DNA of 64,000 nucleotides from an uncultured Eubacteriales bacterium. GTDB taxonomy: Bacteria > Acidobacteriota > Aminicenantia > Aminicenantales > Aminicenantaceae. Below the pieces are notes generated by a model. It made no database searches and had not been told where the DNA came from. It saw only the letters and a list, made by a program, of their open reading frames with translations. The stretch spans positions 20,914 through 84,913 of the forward strand of contig CAZWHQ010000007.1 in assembly GCA_964633715.1 (NCBI GenBank), read 5' to 3'. Shown piece after piece: positions 18,421 through 29,895 of this stretch; positions within the stretch are counted from its first letter, which is position 1, and each line of letters opens with the position of its first letter. The translations under genes and the position numbers were made by a program.

Positions 18421-19133
18421 GGAGTCTCCCTGAAAAAATTTCTTGTGTTTCCTTAGAGTAATTTCCCTCCTCGTCATAGAGGACGAGGTCGGGCAACTGT
18501 CTCACGTCTTGTGAAAAAGAGTCACACTCAACCAGAAAGAGATTGGGCCTGCCCTTTGAGCGTGCATAGATAGATCGTTTGGATTTCATTTTTAAGTTGT
18601 TCATTTCTAGAGCTTCTGCTATGTCGTCTTTTCGCTTTTCAGGAAAGACGAAATAGGCCCTCCCTCTTCTCTTCAGAAGGGCTGACGTCTTCTGCATTAT
18701 ATCAAAAATTGTACACTTTAACTCGTGTTTCGCAATAGATTTTTCTTTTGAGACACTCAAGTGCCCCTCAGACTTTTTAAAATAAGGAGGATTAGAAAAA
18801 ATGACATCGTATTTTTTCTCTGGCTTAAATTTTTTCAGGTCCTGCTTAACAATGCTGATTCTTTTTTCTAGCTGGTTAAGTTTGACGTTTCTCCTTGCAA
18901 TATCTGCTAGAGAAGCTTGGACTTCGACAGCCGTAATAAATTTAAAGGGTTTTATGCTGAGAAGAAGAGAGATGATGCCGCTTCCCGTCCCAAACTCTAG
19001 CAGTTCATCATCTGCGGTCGTTTGAATGAAATCGGCAAGCAGGGGAGCATCCAAGGCAAACCTATACCCTCTGATTTTCTGGAGGACTTGGATACGTCCA
19101 TGATAGAATGCATCAAGGGTTTCATCCTTTGCC

Positions 19134-19153
<20 letters not shown>
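18401..19153 (-). CDS. tRNA1(Val) (adenine(37)-N6)-methyltransferase family (YfiC/TrmN6-like)
   Basis: GYRFALDAPLLADF, LEFGTGSG, FSNPPYF, IAKHE. Confidence 0.85.
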
Positions 19154-20911
<1,758 letters not shown>

Positions 20912-20924
20912 TCACTCCTTGCTC

Positions 20925-21788
20925 CTATTTCTTCTCCAAAGCATCAACAGCGGTAATTATTTCCAGCAGCTCCTTAGTGATTGAGGCCTGCCTCATTTTA
21001 TTTAAAACCAAACGCAATTCAACGATCAGTTCTTTCGCATTCTTTGTGGCGTTATCCATGGCCATCATCCGTGCAGCCTGTTCGGCTGCCTGAGATTCGT
21101 GGAAAAAATGCTGAATTTGATCTTCGACATAAAGAGAGAGAAACGTCTCGAGTAGATGAGGGGAACTGGGTTCTAGCTCCGGTTCAGTGGCTCCTTCTTC
21201 TTGGACTTCGGGAGGCTCGATTGGCAGGAGCTTCGTGATCGTCAGCTTTGGAGCCAGAATTGACTTGAACTCGTTGTAAGCGACATAGACGGCGTCTGTT
21301 TGGTTCAAGACGTACAGACGCATGAGATAAAGCGCTAGTTCCTTTAGGTCCTCTTTTGTAAGCTTGTGAATTTGATCCGGGTAGGTGCGGTCCTTAATGA
21401 AAACAAGCTTTTCAAAAAACGAAACAGCTTTTTTCCCCATTAAAACCAATTGCACTTCGGTTTGAGCTGATTTGTCTTCTAAAAAATTTAAGGTGCTAAA
21501 CAGCAGGTTGGAATTGAATGCTCCACACATGCCTTTATCCGAAGTGATAACCAGGCAGATGATTCTTTTTTCAAGTCTCTTTTGGAATAGGGGGTGCAGT
21601 TCTGCTCCTATCCAGGCACTCACGTTTGACAGCAATCCTGAAAAATTGTGCCAGTAGGGTCGGCCCTCAAGAACAGACCTCTGGGCTGTCCGGAACTTGG
21701 CCGTGGCCACAGACTTCATCGCCTGTGTGATCTGCTGAGTGTTTTTAACACTCTTGATCCGTCTCCGAAGGTCAATGATGGCAGGCAT
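20925..21788 (-). CDS. atpG: ATP synthase F1 gamma subunit
   Basis: IDLRRRIKSVKNTQQIT, ITSDKGMCGAFN, ARMMAMDNATKNA, RQASITKEL. Start set at ATG 21788, just after the atpA stop. Confidence 0.97.
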   Translation of the reverse strand: MPAIIDLRRRIKSVKNTQQITQAMKSVATAKFRTAQRSVLEGRPYWHNFSGLLSNVSAWIGAELHPLFQKRLEKRIICLVITSDKGMCGAFNSNLLFSTLNFLEDKSAQTEVQLVLMGKKAVSFFEKLVFIKDRTYPDQIHKLTKEDLKELALYLMRLYVLNQTDAVYVAYNEFKSILAPKLTITKLLPIEPPEVQEEGATEPELEPSSPHLLETFLSLYVEDQIQHFFHESQAAEQAARMMAMDNATKNAKELIVELRLVLNKMRQASITKELLEIITAVDALEKK

Positions 21789-21789
21789 A

Positions 21790-23307
21790 TTATTTACGTT
21801 CTTCCTCAAATTGCTGAGTGAAAGCTGTCAAAACCTTGCGAATGGCCTCATCCAATTCGTCGTCAATAACTTTTTTATCGACAATTTTTTTCAGCAGGTC
21901 CTGATGTTCACTGTCTAGAAATGCAAACAGTTTCTGTTCATATTCGTGAACCTGGGAAACGTCAATTTCATCTAAAAATCCCCTGTTCCCTGCATAGATG
22001 ATAAGGATTTGTTTTTCGACAGGCAGTGGATCATATTGGTCCTGTTTGAGGATTTCTGTCAACCGCTCCCCTCTTTCCAATTGGGCCTCACTGGCTCTAT
22101 CCAGCTCAGTGCCAAATTGGGCAAAAGTGACGAGTTCACGGTACTGCGCCAGATCGAGCCTCAGTTTTCCTGCAATCTGTCTCATGGCTTTGACCTGCGC
22201 ACTCCCCCCGACTCGAGACACGGAAATTCCAATATTGACGGAAGGCCGTATCCCTGCATTAAACAGCTCTGGTTCGAGATAGATCTGCCCGTCTGTAATG
22301 GAGATAACGTTTGTGGGAATATATCCTGAAACATCTCCGGCCTGTGTTTCAATAATGGGAAGCGCGGTCAGCGATCCGCCGCCATGTTCATCGCTGTATT
22401 TAGCTGCCCGTTCGAGAAGTCGGGAATGCAGATAGAAGACATCTCCAGGATAGGCTTCTCTGCCTGGAGGCCGGCGAAGAAGAAGAGCAATCTCTCGATA
22501 AGCCGCGGCATGTTTAGACAGATCATCGTAGACAATAAGGGCATGTTTCCCTTTATCCCGGAAGTATTCACCGATAGCACACCCGCTGTAAGGAGCCAAA
22601 AATTGAAGTGGAGACGGATCACTTGCTGAAGCAACAACTACAATCGTGTAATCCATAGCCCCATGGTCCTCGAGGACCTTAATGCTGTAGGCAACAGTGG
22701 AATTCTTCTGACCAATGGCCACGTAGATGCAGATAACATCCTTGCCCTTTTGATTGATAATAGTATCAAGTGCGATGGCCGTCTTCCCCGTCTGGCGGTC
22801 GCCAATAATGAGTTCCCTCTGCCCTCGTCCTATGGGAATCATGGAATCAATGGCCTTGATTCCTGTCTGAAGCGGTTCTTTGACCGGCATCCGGTCCACG
22901 ACTCCGGGAGCCAACCTCTCGACAACCATATATTTATCGGACTTGACAGGGCCCTTTTCATCCAGAGCAGCTCCAAGAGGATTGAGAACTCTCCCTATCA
23001 ACGAAGGCCCGGAAGGCACCTGCATTATCTTGTAAGTTCGCTTGACGATATCTCCCTCTTTTATCATGTGAGATTCACTCAAGAGAACGGCACCGACGCT
23101 GTCTTCTTCCAGGTTCAGGGCAAGCCCAAACACATTCTGCGGAAATTCCAAAAGTTCATTATACATAACCCGATCGAGTCCATAGACTTTGGCAATGCCA
23201 TCCCCAACCGAAGTTACAGTTCCAACTTCCTTGGTGTCGATGTCCGACTCAAATCCCTCTATTTGACGTTGAATAATCCTGCTTATCTCATCAGCTTTTA
23301 TTTCCAT
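21790..23307 (-). CDS. atpA: ATP synthase F1 alpha subunit
   Basis: [43 protein letters not shown]. Confidence 0.98.
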   Translation of the reverse strand: MEIKADEISRIIQRQIEGFESDIDTKEVGTVTSVGDGIAKVYGLDRVMYNELLEFPQNVFGLALNLEEDSVGAVLLSESHMIKEGDIVKRTYKIMQVPSGPSLIGRVLNPLGAALDEKGPVKSDKYMVVERLAPGVVDRMPVKEPLQTGIKAIDSMIPIGRGQRELIIGDRQTGKTAIALDTIINQKGKDVICIYVAIGQKNSTVAYSIKVLEDHGAMDYTIVVVASASDPSPLQFLAPYSGCAIGEYFRDKGKHALIVYDDLSKHAAAYREIALLLRRPPGREAYPGDVFYLHSRLLERAAKYSDEHGGGSLTALPIIETQAGDVSGYIPTNVISITDGQIYLEPELFNAGIRPSVNIGISVSRVGGSAQVKAMRQIAGKLRLDLAQYRELVTFAQFGTELDRASEAQLERGERLTEILKQDQYDPLPVEKQILIIYAGNRGFLDEIDVSQVHEYEQKLFAFLDSEHQDLLKKIVDKKVIDDELDEAIRKVLTAFTQQFEEERK

Positions 23308-23313
23308 TTTAAA

Positions 23314-23856
23314 CTACCCTTCTAAAATTTTTTCTTGGAGTTTCGTTAATGCTCCCCTTAAGGAAGCATCATAGATAATATTTCCCTGTCTAATGGAGAT
23401 TCCCCCAATAAGCTCAGGATCGATCTTGTATTTTAAAAACACCGGTCTTTTCTCCATCTTCTCCAGCCTATCACCAAGCACTTTCTTTTGAGTGTCAGAA
23501 AGAGATATGACTGAAGAGATTTCAAAAGAAGATATGCCCTGTGATATGTTCCATAAATCAGGAAAAAAATCCAAAATATCAGGGAGGAGCTCAAGACGCC
23601 CGTTGTCAATCAGAAGAAGCAATAATCGTTGGACCTTCGGGTGAAAGTCTTTTTTTCCCAGGATTTCCTCACCTATGGCTCTCTTTCGTGAAGTGGGAAG
23701 AACGGATTTGAAGAGAATCTCTTGAAGTTCTTTTTGACTGGAAATAAATTTCTCGAAATCATTCAACTGGCGTAAAATCACTCCGAACTCATCTTGGTCA
23801 GAGATGGAACTGACCAAACCGCGCGTGTATCGTCTGACAAGAATTCTATTTACCAT
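23314..23856 (-). CDS. atpH: ATP synthase delta subunit
   Basis: Position in the operon; C-terminal IDPELIGGISIRQGNIIYDAS. Confidence 0.9.
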   Translation of the reverse strand: MVNRILVRRYTRGLVSSISDQDEFGVILRQLNDFEKFISSQKELQEILFKSVLPTSRKRAIGEEILGKKDFHPKVQRLLLLLIDNGRLELLPDILDFFPDLWNISQGISSFEISSVISLSDTQKKVLGDRLEKMEKRPVFLKYKIDPELIGGISIRQGNIIYDASLRGALTKLQEKILEG

Positions 23857-24418
23857 GAAATTTCCCGAGTTTTTCGATGGACAAATCGATGAGGAAAGAC
23901 TGTTTCTCTGGGGTCATTTTTTCTTCTATATTTGTTTTGGCAATTTCTGTCGCAAGTTCGGCCGCCTGGGCTTTTAATTCGTGAACTTTTGTTTGGGTGA
24001 AGATCTCAATCTCTTGTCGGGCAAAAGTCTTGATCCTCTCAGCCTCATTTTCGGCTGCCTGGAGAATGGATTCTTTCCTTTTCTGCCCCTCCTCTTCGGC
24101 ATTCTTTCTGATTTCTTCGAGTTCTTTTTTCAACTTTTGGAGGCGATCCCTTGCGTGTTTATAATTTTTTTCGTTTTCCTCCCGTTCCTTCTTCACTTCT
24201 TTTATAGTGGAATCGATCTCCTGTCCGTAGCGTTCCAGAAAATCCTTAACGGGCTTGCGGAGCAGATAACCCAATCCTCCAAAAAGGACCAGAAAATTCA
24301 ACACTTTCCCCAAATAGCCAACTAGGGGAGAAGCATGTGATTGCTCTTCTTCAAGTGAAAAAAAGAGGAACAAAGGCAGCAAAATTAATAAAAGAAGAAT
24401 TTTATTCCCTTTGTTCAT
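23846..24418 (-). CDS. atpF: ATP synthase Fo subunit b
   Basis: TM segment VLNFLVLFGGLGYLLRKPV followed by a charged coiled coil. Confidence 0.85.
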   Translation of the reverse strand: MNKGNKILLLLILLPLFLFFSLEEEQSHASPLVGYLGKVLNFLVLFGGLGYLLRKPVKDFLERYGQEIDSTIKEVKKEREENEKNYKHARDRLQKLKKELEEIRKNAEEEGQKRKESILQAAENEAERIKTFARQEIEIFTQTKVHELKAQAAELATEIAKTNIEEKMTPEKQSFLIDLSIEKLGKFHGK

Positions 24419-24834
24419 CAGTGCATCAGCCTTTTTTCAATTTTTTTTGCGAGCGTCTCACTCTTCGCTTCCATCTCTTTAAAAAGGTTCTCCATCTGTT
24501 TTTCAAGATCCGCTTTGCTTTCCTCCACCATTTTCTTTGATTCTTTGGAGATATCGGCAATCAGTTCCTCTCTCTTTTTTTGTGCTTCCTTCTCAAGCCT
24601 GTTTCGGGTCGTCAAAGCATCCATACGGGCCTGTTTCATTTGCTCTTCGATCTCGGACAAGGTGTGCTCATTGTCCTCTTGAGATTTGGCTGCCGCCAGC
24701 TTATTTTCACTAATGAGGGCCTCTCTTTCTGCCCTCAATTTTTGCAGAGGATTAAAAAAGATTTTCTTGAGCACAAAGAGAAGGATCCAAACGATGGCAA
24801 AAATGACAAACAAACTGATATCTAAATCTAACAT
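24418..24834 (-). CDS. ATP synthase Fo subunit b' (second b-type subunit)
   Basis: N-terminal TM (SLFVIFAIVWILLFVLKKIFFNPL) plus coiled coil; first gene of the operon. Confidence 0.85.
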   Translation of the reverse strand: MLDLDISLFVIFAIVWILLFVLKKIFFNPLQKLRAEREALISENKLAAAKSQEDNEHTLSEIEEQMKQARMDALTTRNRLEKEAQKKREELIADISKESKKMVEESKADLEKQMENLFKEMEAKSETLAKKIEKRLMH

Positions 24835-24869
24835 TTTTCTTATAGAATTAGTCTAATAAATTAGCCAAA

Positions 24870-24898
24870 AATTTAACATTTTTGTCTGGAAAAAGCAA
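24870..24898 (-). promoter_or_regulatory. Candidate sigma-70 promoter of the atp operon
   Basis: TTGCTT-17 bp-TAAATT on the minus strand. Confidence 0.4.
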
Positions 24899-24916
24899 GA
24901 ACTCTGTCCCAAGAGG

Positions 24917-26212
24917 TCAAAGCCCATCGGGAAACAGTTTTTTTACTTCTCCAACCAGGAAAAGTGAGCCGGCAATGACCACTGTTTTTTGCTCTTTTGC
25001 ATCTCCGACAGCCCTTCGGACAGCCTTATAAACATCAGATTCTATCACAATTTTTTCCTGGTATTTCTGGGTTTTTGTGTAAAGCTCTTTAGGGGAAGCG
25101 GCACGAAAATAGGGGAATCGTGTCAGGATCACTTTTTCGGTCAGAGGAAAAAGAGCCTCTGCTATTTGTTCGATTTTTTTATCCCGCATCAGTGCAAATA
25201 CAAGAATAACCGGCGTAGAGATCCAATCCTGGATGTAGACTTGTAAAGCCTGTGCCCCCTCTTCATTATGGGCTCCATCGAGCAGCACAAGAGGATTCTT
25301 TGAAAACAGTTCCAGACGCCCCTCCCATCTGGTTGTCTCAACACCATGAAGGATAAGACTTTTTTTAAGTTTCTTCCAAATGCGGCTGAGGTGTTCTGCG
25401 ACAACTATCGCAATGGCCGCGTTCTTTCCCTGATGGACTCCCAATAGACTTGGAGAAAAAGAGTACTCATCTATTGAGGTCCGCAGAAGAAATTCACGGT
25501 CCCGCCTCCTCCGACTCACCTGGAAACTGTCCTTCTTTTTAAAGACTTGGAAAAACGGCGCTCCAAGTTCTTCGGCTCTCTTTTTCAGAACAGACAAAGC
25601 TTCTGGATCTTCAACTCCACAGACGACGGGCACATCCGGCCTCATGATCCCAGATTTTTCAAAGGCAATTTGAGCGGTTGTTTCTCCAAGAGCTTTTTGA
25701 TGTTCGGGAGAAATTGTACAAATGACAGACACAAGAGGCAAAACGACATTTGTGGCATCAAACCTTCCCCCCATTCCCACTTCCAAGACAGCGATGTCCA
25801 CTTTCTCTCTTTTAAAGCTTAAAAATGCCAGGCAGCTCAAAATTTCAAAATATGTGGGATGGTGCTGAAGTTTCTTAGTTTCCAAGAGTGCCTCGATTGT
25901 ATCTTTGAGAAGAGTTAAACGAAAGCTAAAGGCCTTTTTAGTAATGAGTGTATCCCCTATACGGATCCGCTCTCTCACACTCACAAGATGAGGGGAGGTG
26001 AAGAGACCAACGCGAAATCCGTGCAGAGACAATAAACGTGTGACCCCGGCGCAAACAGAACCCTTTCCATTGGATCCTGCCACCAGAATTGAAGGGTAGT
26101 GAATATGAGGAGAATGAAGCGCCTCAAGGACAATCCTGACATTGTTCAGACCAAATTTGATTCCTAGTTTCTGGACTTCATCCAGATACTTCAAACACTG
26201 TTGAAAATTCAT
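24917..26212 (-). CDS. folC: Bifunctional folylpolyglutamate synthase / dihydrofolate synthase
   Basis: AGSNGKGS, FTSPHL, PTYFE, EVGMGGRFDATN, LDGAHN. Confidence 0.95.
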   Translation of the reverse strand: MNFQQCLKYLDEVQKLGIKFGLNNVRIVLEALHSPHIHYPSILVAGSNGKGSVCAGVTRLLSLHGFRVGLFTSPHLVSVRERIRIGDTLITKKAFSFRLTLLKDTIEALLETKKLQHHPTYFEILSCLAFLSFKREKVDIAVLEVGMGGRFDATNVVLPLVSVICTISPEHQKALGETTAQIAFEKSGIMRPDVPVVCGVEDPEALSVLKKRAEELGAPFFQVFKKKDSFQVSRRRRDREFLLRTSIDEYSFSPSLLGVHQGKNAAIAIVVAEHLSRIWKKLKKSLILHGVETTRWEGRLELFSKNPLVLLDGAHNEEGAQALQVYIQDWISTPVILVFALMRDKKIEQIAEALFPLTEKVILTRFPYFRAASPKELYTKTQKYQEKIVIESDVYKAVRRAVGDAKEQKTVVIAGSLFLVGEVKKLFPDGL

Positions 26213-27000
26213 TGAGGACGGTTCATAAAAAGGCGGAGAGCTCGAATGAGGTAATTTCGGAGGTCAGATCTATTGACGACATCGTCCAACATGCCATGTT
26301 CGAGAAGGAACTCCGATCTCTGAAAGCCTTTGGGAAGCTTCTCTTTAATAGTCTGCTCGATAACTCTCGGTCCGGCAAACCCGATAAGGGCTTTTGGTTC
26401 GGCAATGTTGATATCCCCTAACATGGCGTAACTGGCTGTGACGCCTCCTGTAGTGGGATCTGTAATCAAAGAGATGTAGGGAATCCCCGCTTCTTCAAGT
26501 CGAGCGATGGCGGCACTTGTTTTCATGAGCTGCATGAGTGAGAGAGTGCCCTCCTGCATCCGAGCTCCTCCTGAACAGGACACGACAAGAACCGGGATCT
26601 TTTCTGAAAGGCCTTTTTCCAGAGCTCGTGTGATTTTTTCGCCGACAACCGATCCCATACTGCCACCCATAAAGGCAAAATTCATGCTGCAAACCACAGT
26701 AGGGATCCCCCCAATGGTTCCGACTGCATTTAATACGGCATCAGGATAGGATGTCTTCTTTTGGTTTTCTCTCAAGCGGTCAGAGTACTTTTTTGAATCA
26801 ACAAACTCAAGAGGATCCTGAGGATAGATATTTTGATCAAAAAGCTCATACGCTTCATCATCAAAAAGCATCTTCAGCCGTTCTTCTGCCGAAATCCTGA
26901 AGTGAAATTGGCAATCTGGACAAATAAACAAGTTATCCAGAATGTCCTGTTTGTAAAGAATGCCCTGACAGCTATTGCACCGTGTCCACAGATTCTCCAT
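26209..27000 (-). CDS. accD: Acetyl-CoA carboxylase carboxyltransferase beta subunit
   Basis: N-terminal Zn finger CNSC...CPDC, FMGGSMG, SGGARMQEG, GFAGPRVIEQT. Confidence 0.96.
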   Translation of the reverse strand: MENLWTRCNSCQGILYKQDILDNLFICPDCQFHFRISAEERLKMLFDDEAYELFDQNIYPQDPLEFVDSKKYSDRLRENQKKTSYPDAVLNAVGTIGGIPTVVCSMNFAFMGGSMGSVVGEKITRALEKGLSEKIPVLVVSCSGGARMQEGTLSLMQLMKTSAAIARLEEAGIPYISLITDPTTGGVTASYAMLGDINIAEPKALIGFAGPRVIEQTIKEKLPKGFQRSEFLLEHGMLDDVVNRSDLRNYLIRALRLFMNRPQ

Positions 27001-27009
27001 AATTGTCCT

Positions 27010-27477
27010 TTATTCTTTGTCTTTTATTAAGATACCGTCAGCCAGTTCTGACAGGGTTTTAACAACATCCATTGGATCCGGCAGCTCCTCCTCAATGGGA
27101 ACTTCGTTGTGTATAATATTTAAGACCGCGTTCAGTAACGTTTCATCTTCATAAGGTTTCTCAAAATACTCTGCGACGCCAAGAGACTTAATCGCCTCAT
27201 TCTTGTACTGCAAACCTTTATAGAGACCCGTAACAATAATAATTGGCGTTCCCCCCCCAGAATCCTCGCGTATCTTTTTTGCGAGTTCAAATCCATGAAG
27301 CTTGGGAAGCATAGGTTCGAGGAGGACGATATCGGGTTTTTCTTCTATAAATATTTCGTAGGCCGACTGGCCATCAGCCGCCGTGAAAACTTGGAAATTA
27401 TTAGGCAAAAAAATACTTTTTAAAGCCTCTAGGCTTCTTTTTTCATAATCGACAATAAGGATCTTCTTTTTGACCAT
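27010..27477 (-). CDS. Single-domain response-regulator receiver protein, atypical (Glu at the phosphoacceptor position)
   Basis: Receiver fold ILIVDYE...DIVLLEPMLP...HGFEL...IIIVT...YFEKP. Start moved to ATG 27477 because a promoter overlaps the longer ORF. Confidence 0.85.
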   Translation of the reverse strand: MVKKKILIVDYEKRSLEALKSIFLPNNFQVFTAADGQSAYEIFIEEKPDIVLLEPMLPKLHGFELAKKIREDSGGGTPIIIVTGLYKGLQYKNEAIKSLGVAEYFEKPYEDETLLNAVLNIIHNEVPIEEELPDPMDVVKTLSELADGILIKDKE

Positions 27478-27491
27478 GAACTCTGCTATCG

Positions 27492-27520
27492 ATTCTAGAA
27501 GAAGCAAACATTCTTGTCAA
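27492..27520 (-). promoter_or_regulatory. Sigma-70 promoter of the receiver-accD-folC unit
   Basis: TTGACA-17 bp-TAGAAT, 14 nt before ATG 27477. Confidence 0.65.
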
Positions 27521-27723
27521 TGTGCTGAGGTATCCCCAGTTGTCTATTCATTTTAGAGTTGGACACTTCACGGTTTTTCTGCCCACACCGCATTTATAAT
27601 ACGGGGGTAGCGGCAGAGACTCGACGGCCTTGACCGACTCGGATCCAGAAGTCACAGAAAGGGGAAGACTTCATAAATATTGCTCTATTTATTATTTTAA
27701 GACGATTTGATATATTAACCAGG

Positions 27724-28698
27724 ATGAACACACAAGATCCTCTATTCCTCTCCCTTGTTATCCCTGTATTTAACGAGGCGGAAAACTTGCCCATCCTCCA
27801 CGCGGATATCACCGAATCCTGCAGTAAACTCGGAATAACATATGAAATCATCTTTATCGACGATGGAAGTTTGGACAATTCATTTTTCGTCTTAAAAAAA
27901 ATTCAAAGAGAAGATCCATTCGTCAAACTCATTAGACTGAGAAAAAATTTCGGCCAGACTGCAGCCCTTTCAGCCGGCTTTGATCATGCGGAAGGGGAGA
28001 TCGTTATCACTCTGGATGCAGACCTCCAGAATGATCCTTTGGATATCCATCTGTTTTTAAACAAAATCAATGAAGGTTATGACATTGTCAGCGGCTGGAG
28101 AAAACAGAGGAAAGACAAGTTTTTTTCTCGCCGGCTCCCCTCTATGATTGCCAACTGGCTTATTTCTCGCATCACTAGAGTCAAACTCCACGATTATGGA
28201 TGCACTCTCAAGGCGTTCCGCAAAGAAATCATAAAGAACATCCAGCTCTATGGAGAACTCCATCGTTTTATTCCAGCTATCGCCAGCCAAATGGGGGTGT
28301 CTATAGCAGAGGTTAAAGTGAATCACAGAGCACGACGTTACGGAAAATCCAAATACTCTATCCTTCGTTTTCCACGTGTAATCCTTGATCTTCTCACTGT
28401 TAAATTCTTGCTCAGCTATTCCACACGGCCACTCCAGGTTTTTGGATTTTTTGGTTTAATTAGCGGTTTGGCAGGAGGTGTGATCGGTCTCATTTTATCC
28501 TATCAGAGGCTCATTCTCAAACAAAGCATCGCCGGCCGCCCTCTGCTGCTTTTGGCGATCCTGCTTATAGTTATCGGGATTCAATTTATCACTCTTGGAC
28601 TTCTGGCTGAAATCATGGTCCGTGCCTACCATGAGTCAACCGATAAAAGCACATATTTTATCCAGGAGATTATCGAATCTGATTCCGAAAAGACCTAA
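27724..28698 (+). CDS. Glycosyltransferase family 2 (ArnC/polyprenol-phosphate glycosyltransferase-like)
   Basis: SLVIPVFNE, IFIDDGS, RKNFGQTAAL, TLDADLQNDP, LHRFIP; two C-terminal TMs. Confidence 0.9.
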   Translation: MNTQDPLFLSLVIPVFNEAENLPILHADITESCSKLGITYEIIFIDDGSLDNSFFVLKKIQREDPFVKLIRLRKNFGQTAALSAGFDHAEGEIVITLDADLQNDPLDIHLFLNKINEGYDIVSGWRKQRKDKFFSRRLPSMIANWLISRITRVKLHDYGCTLKAFRKEIIKNIQLYGELHRFIPAIASQMGVSIAEVKVNHRARRYGKSKYSILRFPRVILDLLTVKFLLSYSTRPLQVFGFFGLISGLAGGVIGLILSYQRLILKQSIAGRPLLLLAILLIVIGIQFITLGLLAEIMVRAYHESTDKSTYFIQEIIESDSEKT

Positions 28699-28713
28699 GC
28701 AATCCATTAGCCA

Positions 28714-29892
28714 ATGAATATTCTCATGCTGGCCCCTGAACCCTTTTTTCAGCCACGAGGCACACCGATTAGTATCTACTTCCGGCTCAGGGCTCTCTCG
28801 GATCTCGGACACAGCGTTGACCTCGTCACCTATCATCTTGGCGAAAACCAATCCATCAGAAACTTAAAAATACTGCGCATCCCCGATCTTTTTTTTATGA
28901 AAAAAATTAAAATTGGTCCATCATTAGCGAAAATTCCTCTCGATTTTCTCCTTCTTTTAAAAGCCATCTTTCAGCTCTTTAAAAAGCCCTATGACTTGAT
29001 TTTTTCTCATGAGGAAGCCGGTCTATTTGGGAGTGCGCTCGCGAAAATCTGGAGAATTCCGCATGTTTACGACATGCATTCAAGCCTCCCTCAGCAACTG
29101 GACAACTTCGAGTTCACCAAGTCCCGTTTTATCAAGAACCTCTTTCTCAGGATGGAACATTTCATACTGAAAAATTCGCATGCAATCATTGTTATCTGCC
29201 CCGACCTTTCACAAACTGTACAGGAGGTCGGATTCGGGAAAAAAGCCATCCTTCTTCAAAACTTCATTGATTTTGAAGACCTAAAGAATTTGTCCAGAGA
29301 CACCTCCCTCGACCGTAAGGAGATTGCTCCTCGTGACGAAAAAATTGTGCTCTACACAGGAAACTTTCAACCCTATCAGGGAATCCCACTGCTACTTCAA
29401 GCGGCCGCTCGGCTGGATCAAGAAGATGTTCTCTTCCTCCTCGTTGGAGAAAGTAAATCCGCGGTTGCCCTTATGATACAAAAAGCGAAAGATTTGAATA
29501 TTGCCAAAAAAGTGAAATTTACAGGACAAGTTCCTCCCTCACATGTTCACAGATATATATCCCTAGCAGATGTGCTTGTTTCACCTCGATTGTCAGGCAC
29601 AAACACGCCTCTTAAAATTTACTCCTTTCTCAAATCGGGCAAACCAGTTGTGGCCACAAATCTCTGGACTCATTCCCAGATCCTAAACGAAAATATATCC
29701 ATCCTTGTCGATCCCGATCCAGACAGCCTTGCACAAGGAATATCCTATGCTCTCAACGATCCAGGAGCTAAACAACGTGCAGAATCGGCTCAACGTCTAG
29801 CCGAAGATGAATATACTTATCCTAAATACCTGGATATAATAAGAAAAGTCCTCAAAAAAGCCAACATGGATTTTAGGAACACACACAAATAG
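28714..29892 (+). CDS. Glycosyltransferase family 4 (GT-B)
   Basis: LYTGNFQPYQG, ADVLVSPR, PLKIYSFLKSGKPVVAT. Confidence 0.85.
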   Translation: MNILMLAPEPFFQPRGTPISIYFRLRALSDLGHSVDLVTYHLGENQSIRNLKILRIPDLFFMKKIKIGPSLAKIPLDFLLLLKAIFQLFKKPYDLIFSHEEAGLFGSALAKIWRIPHVYDMHSSLPQQLDNFEFTKSRFIKNLFLRMEHFILKNSHAIIVICPDLSQTVQEVGFGKKAILLQNFIDFEDLKNLSRDTSLDRKEIAPRDEKIVLYTGNFQPYQGIPLLLQAAARLDQEDVLFLLVGESKSAVALMIQKAKDLNIAKKVKFTGQVPPSHVHRYISLADVLVSPRLSGTNTPLKIYSFLKSGKPVVATNLWTHSQILNENISILVDPDPDSLAQGISYALNDPGAKQRAESAQRLAEDEYTYPKYLDIIRKVLKKANMDFRNTHK

Positions 29893-29895
29893 ACC

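Noticed and set aside
27601-27680. GC-rich stretch GGGGGTAGCGGCAGAGACTCGACGGCC after a TATAAT, resembling a tmRNA 5' end or a tRNA fragment
   Set aside because: Spacing to the TCGAC motif is off by two, no matching 3' acceptor/T-arm (..CCA) exists within range, and neither strand gives a cloverleaf. It may simply be a UTR.
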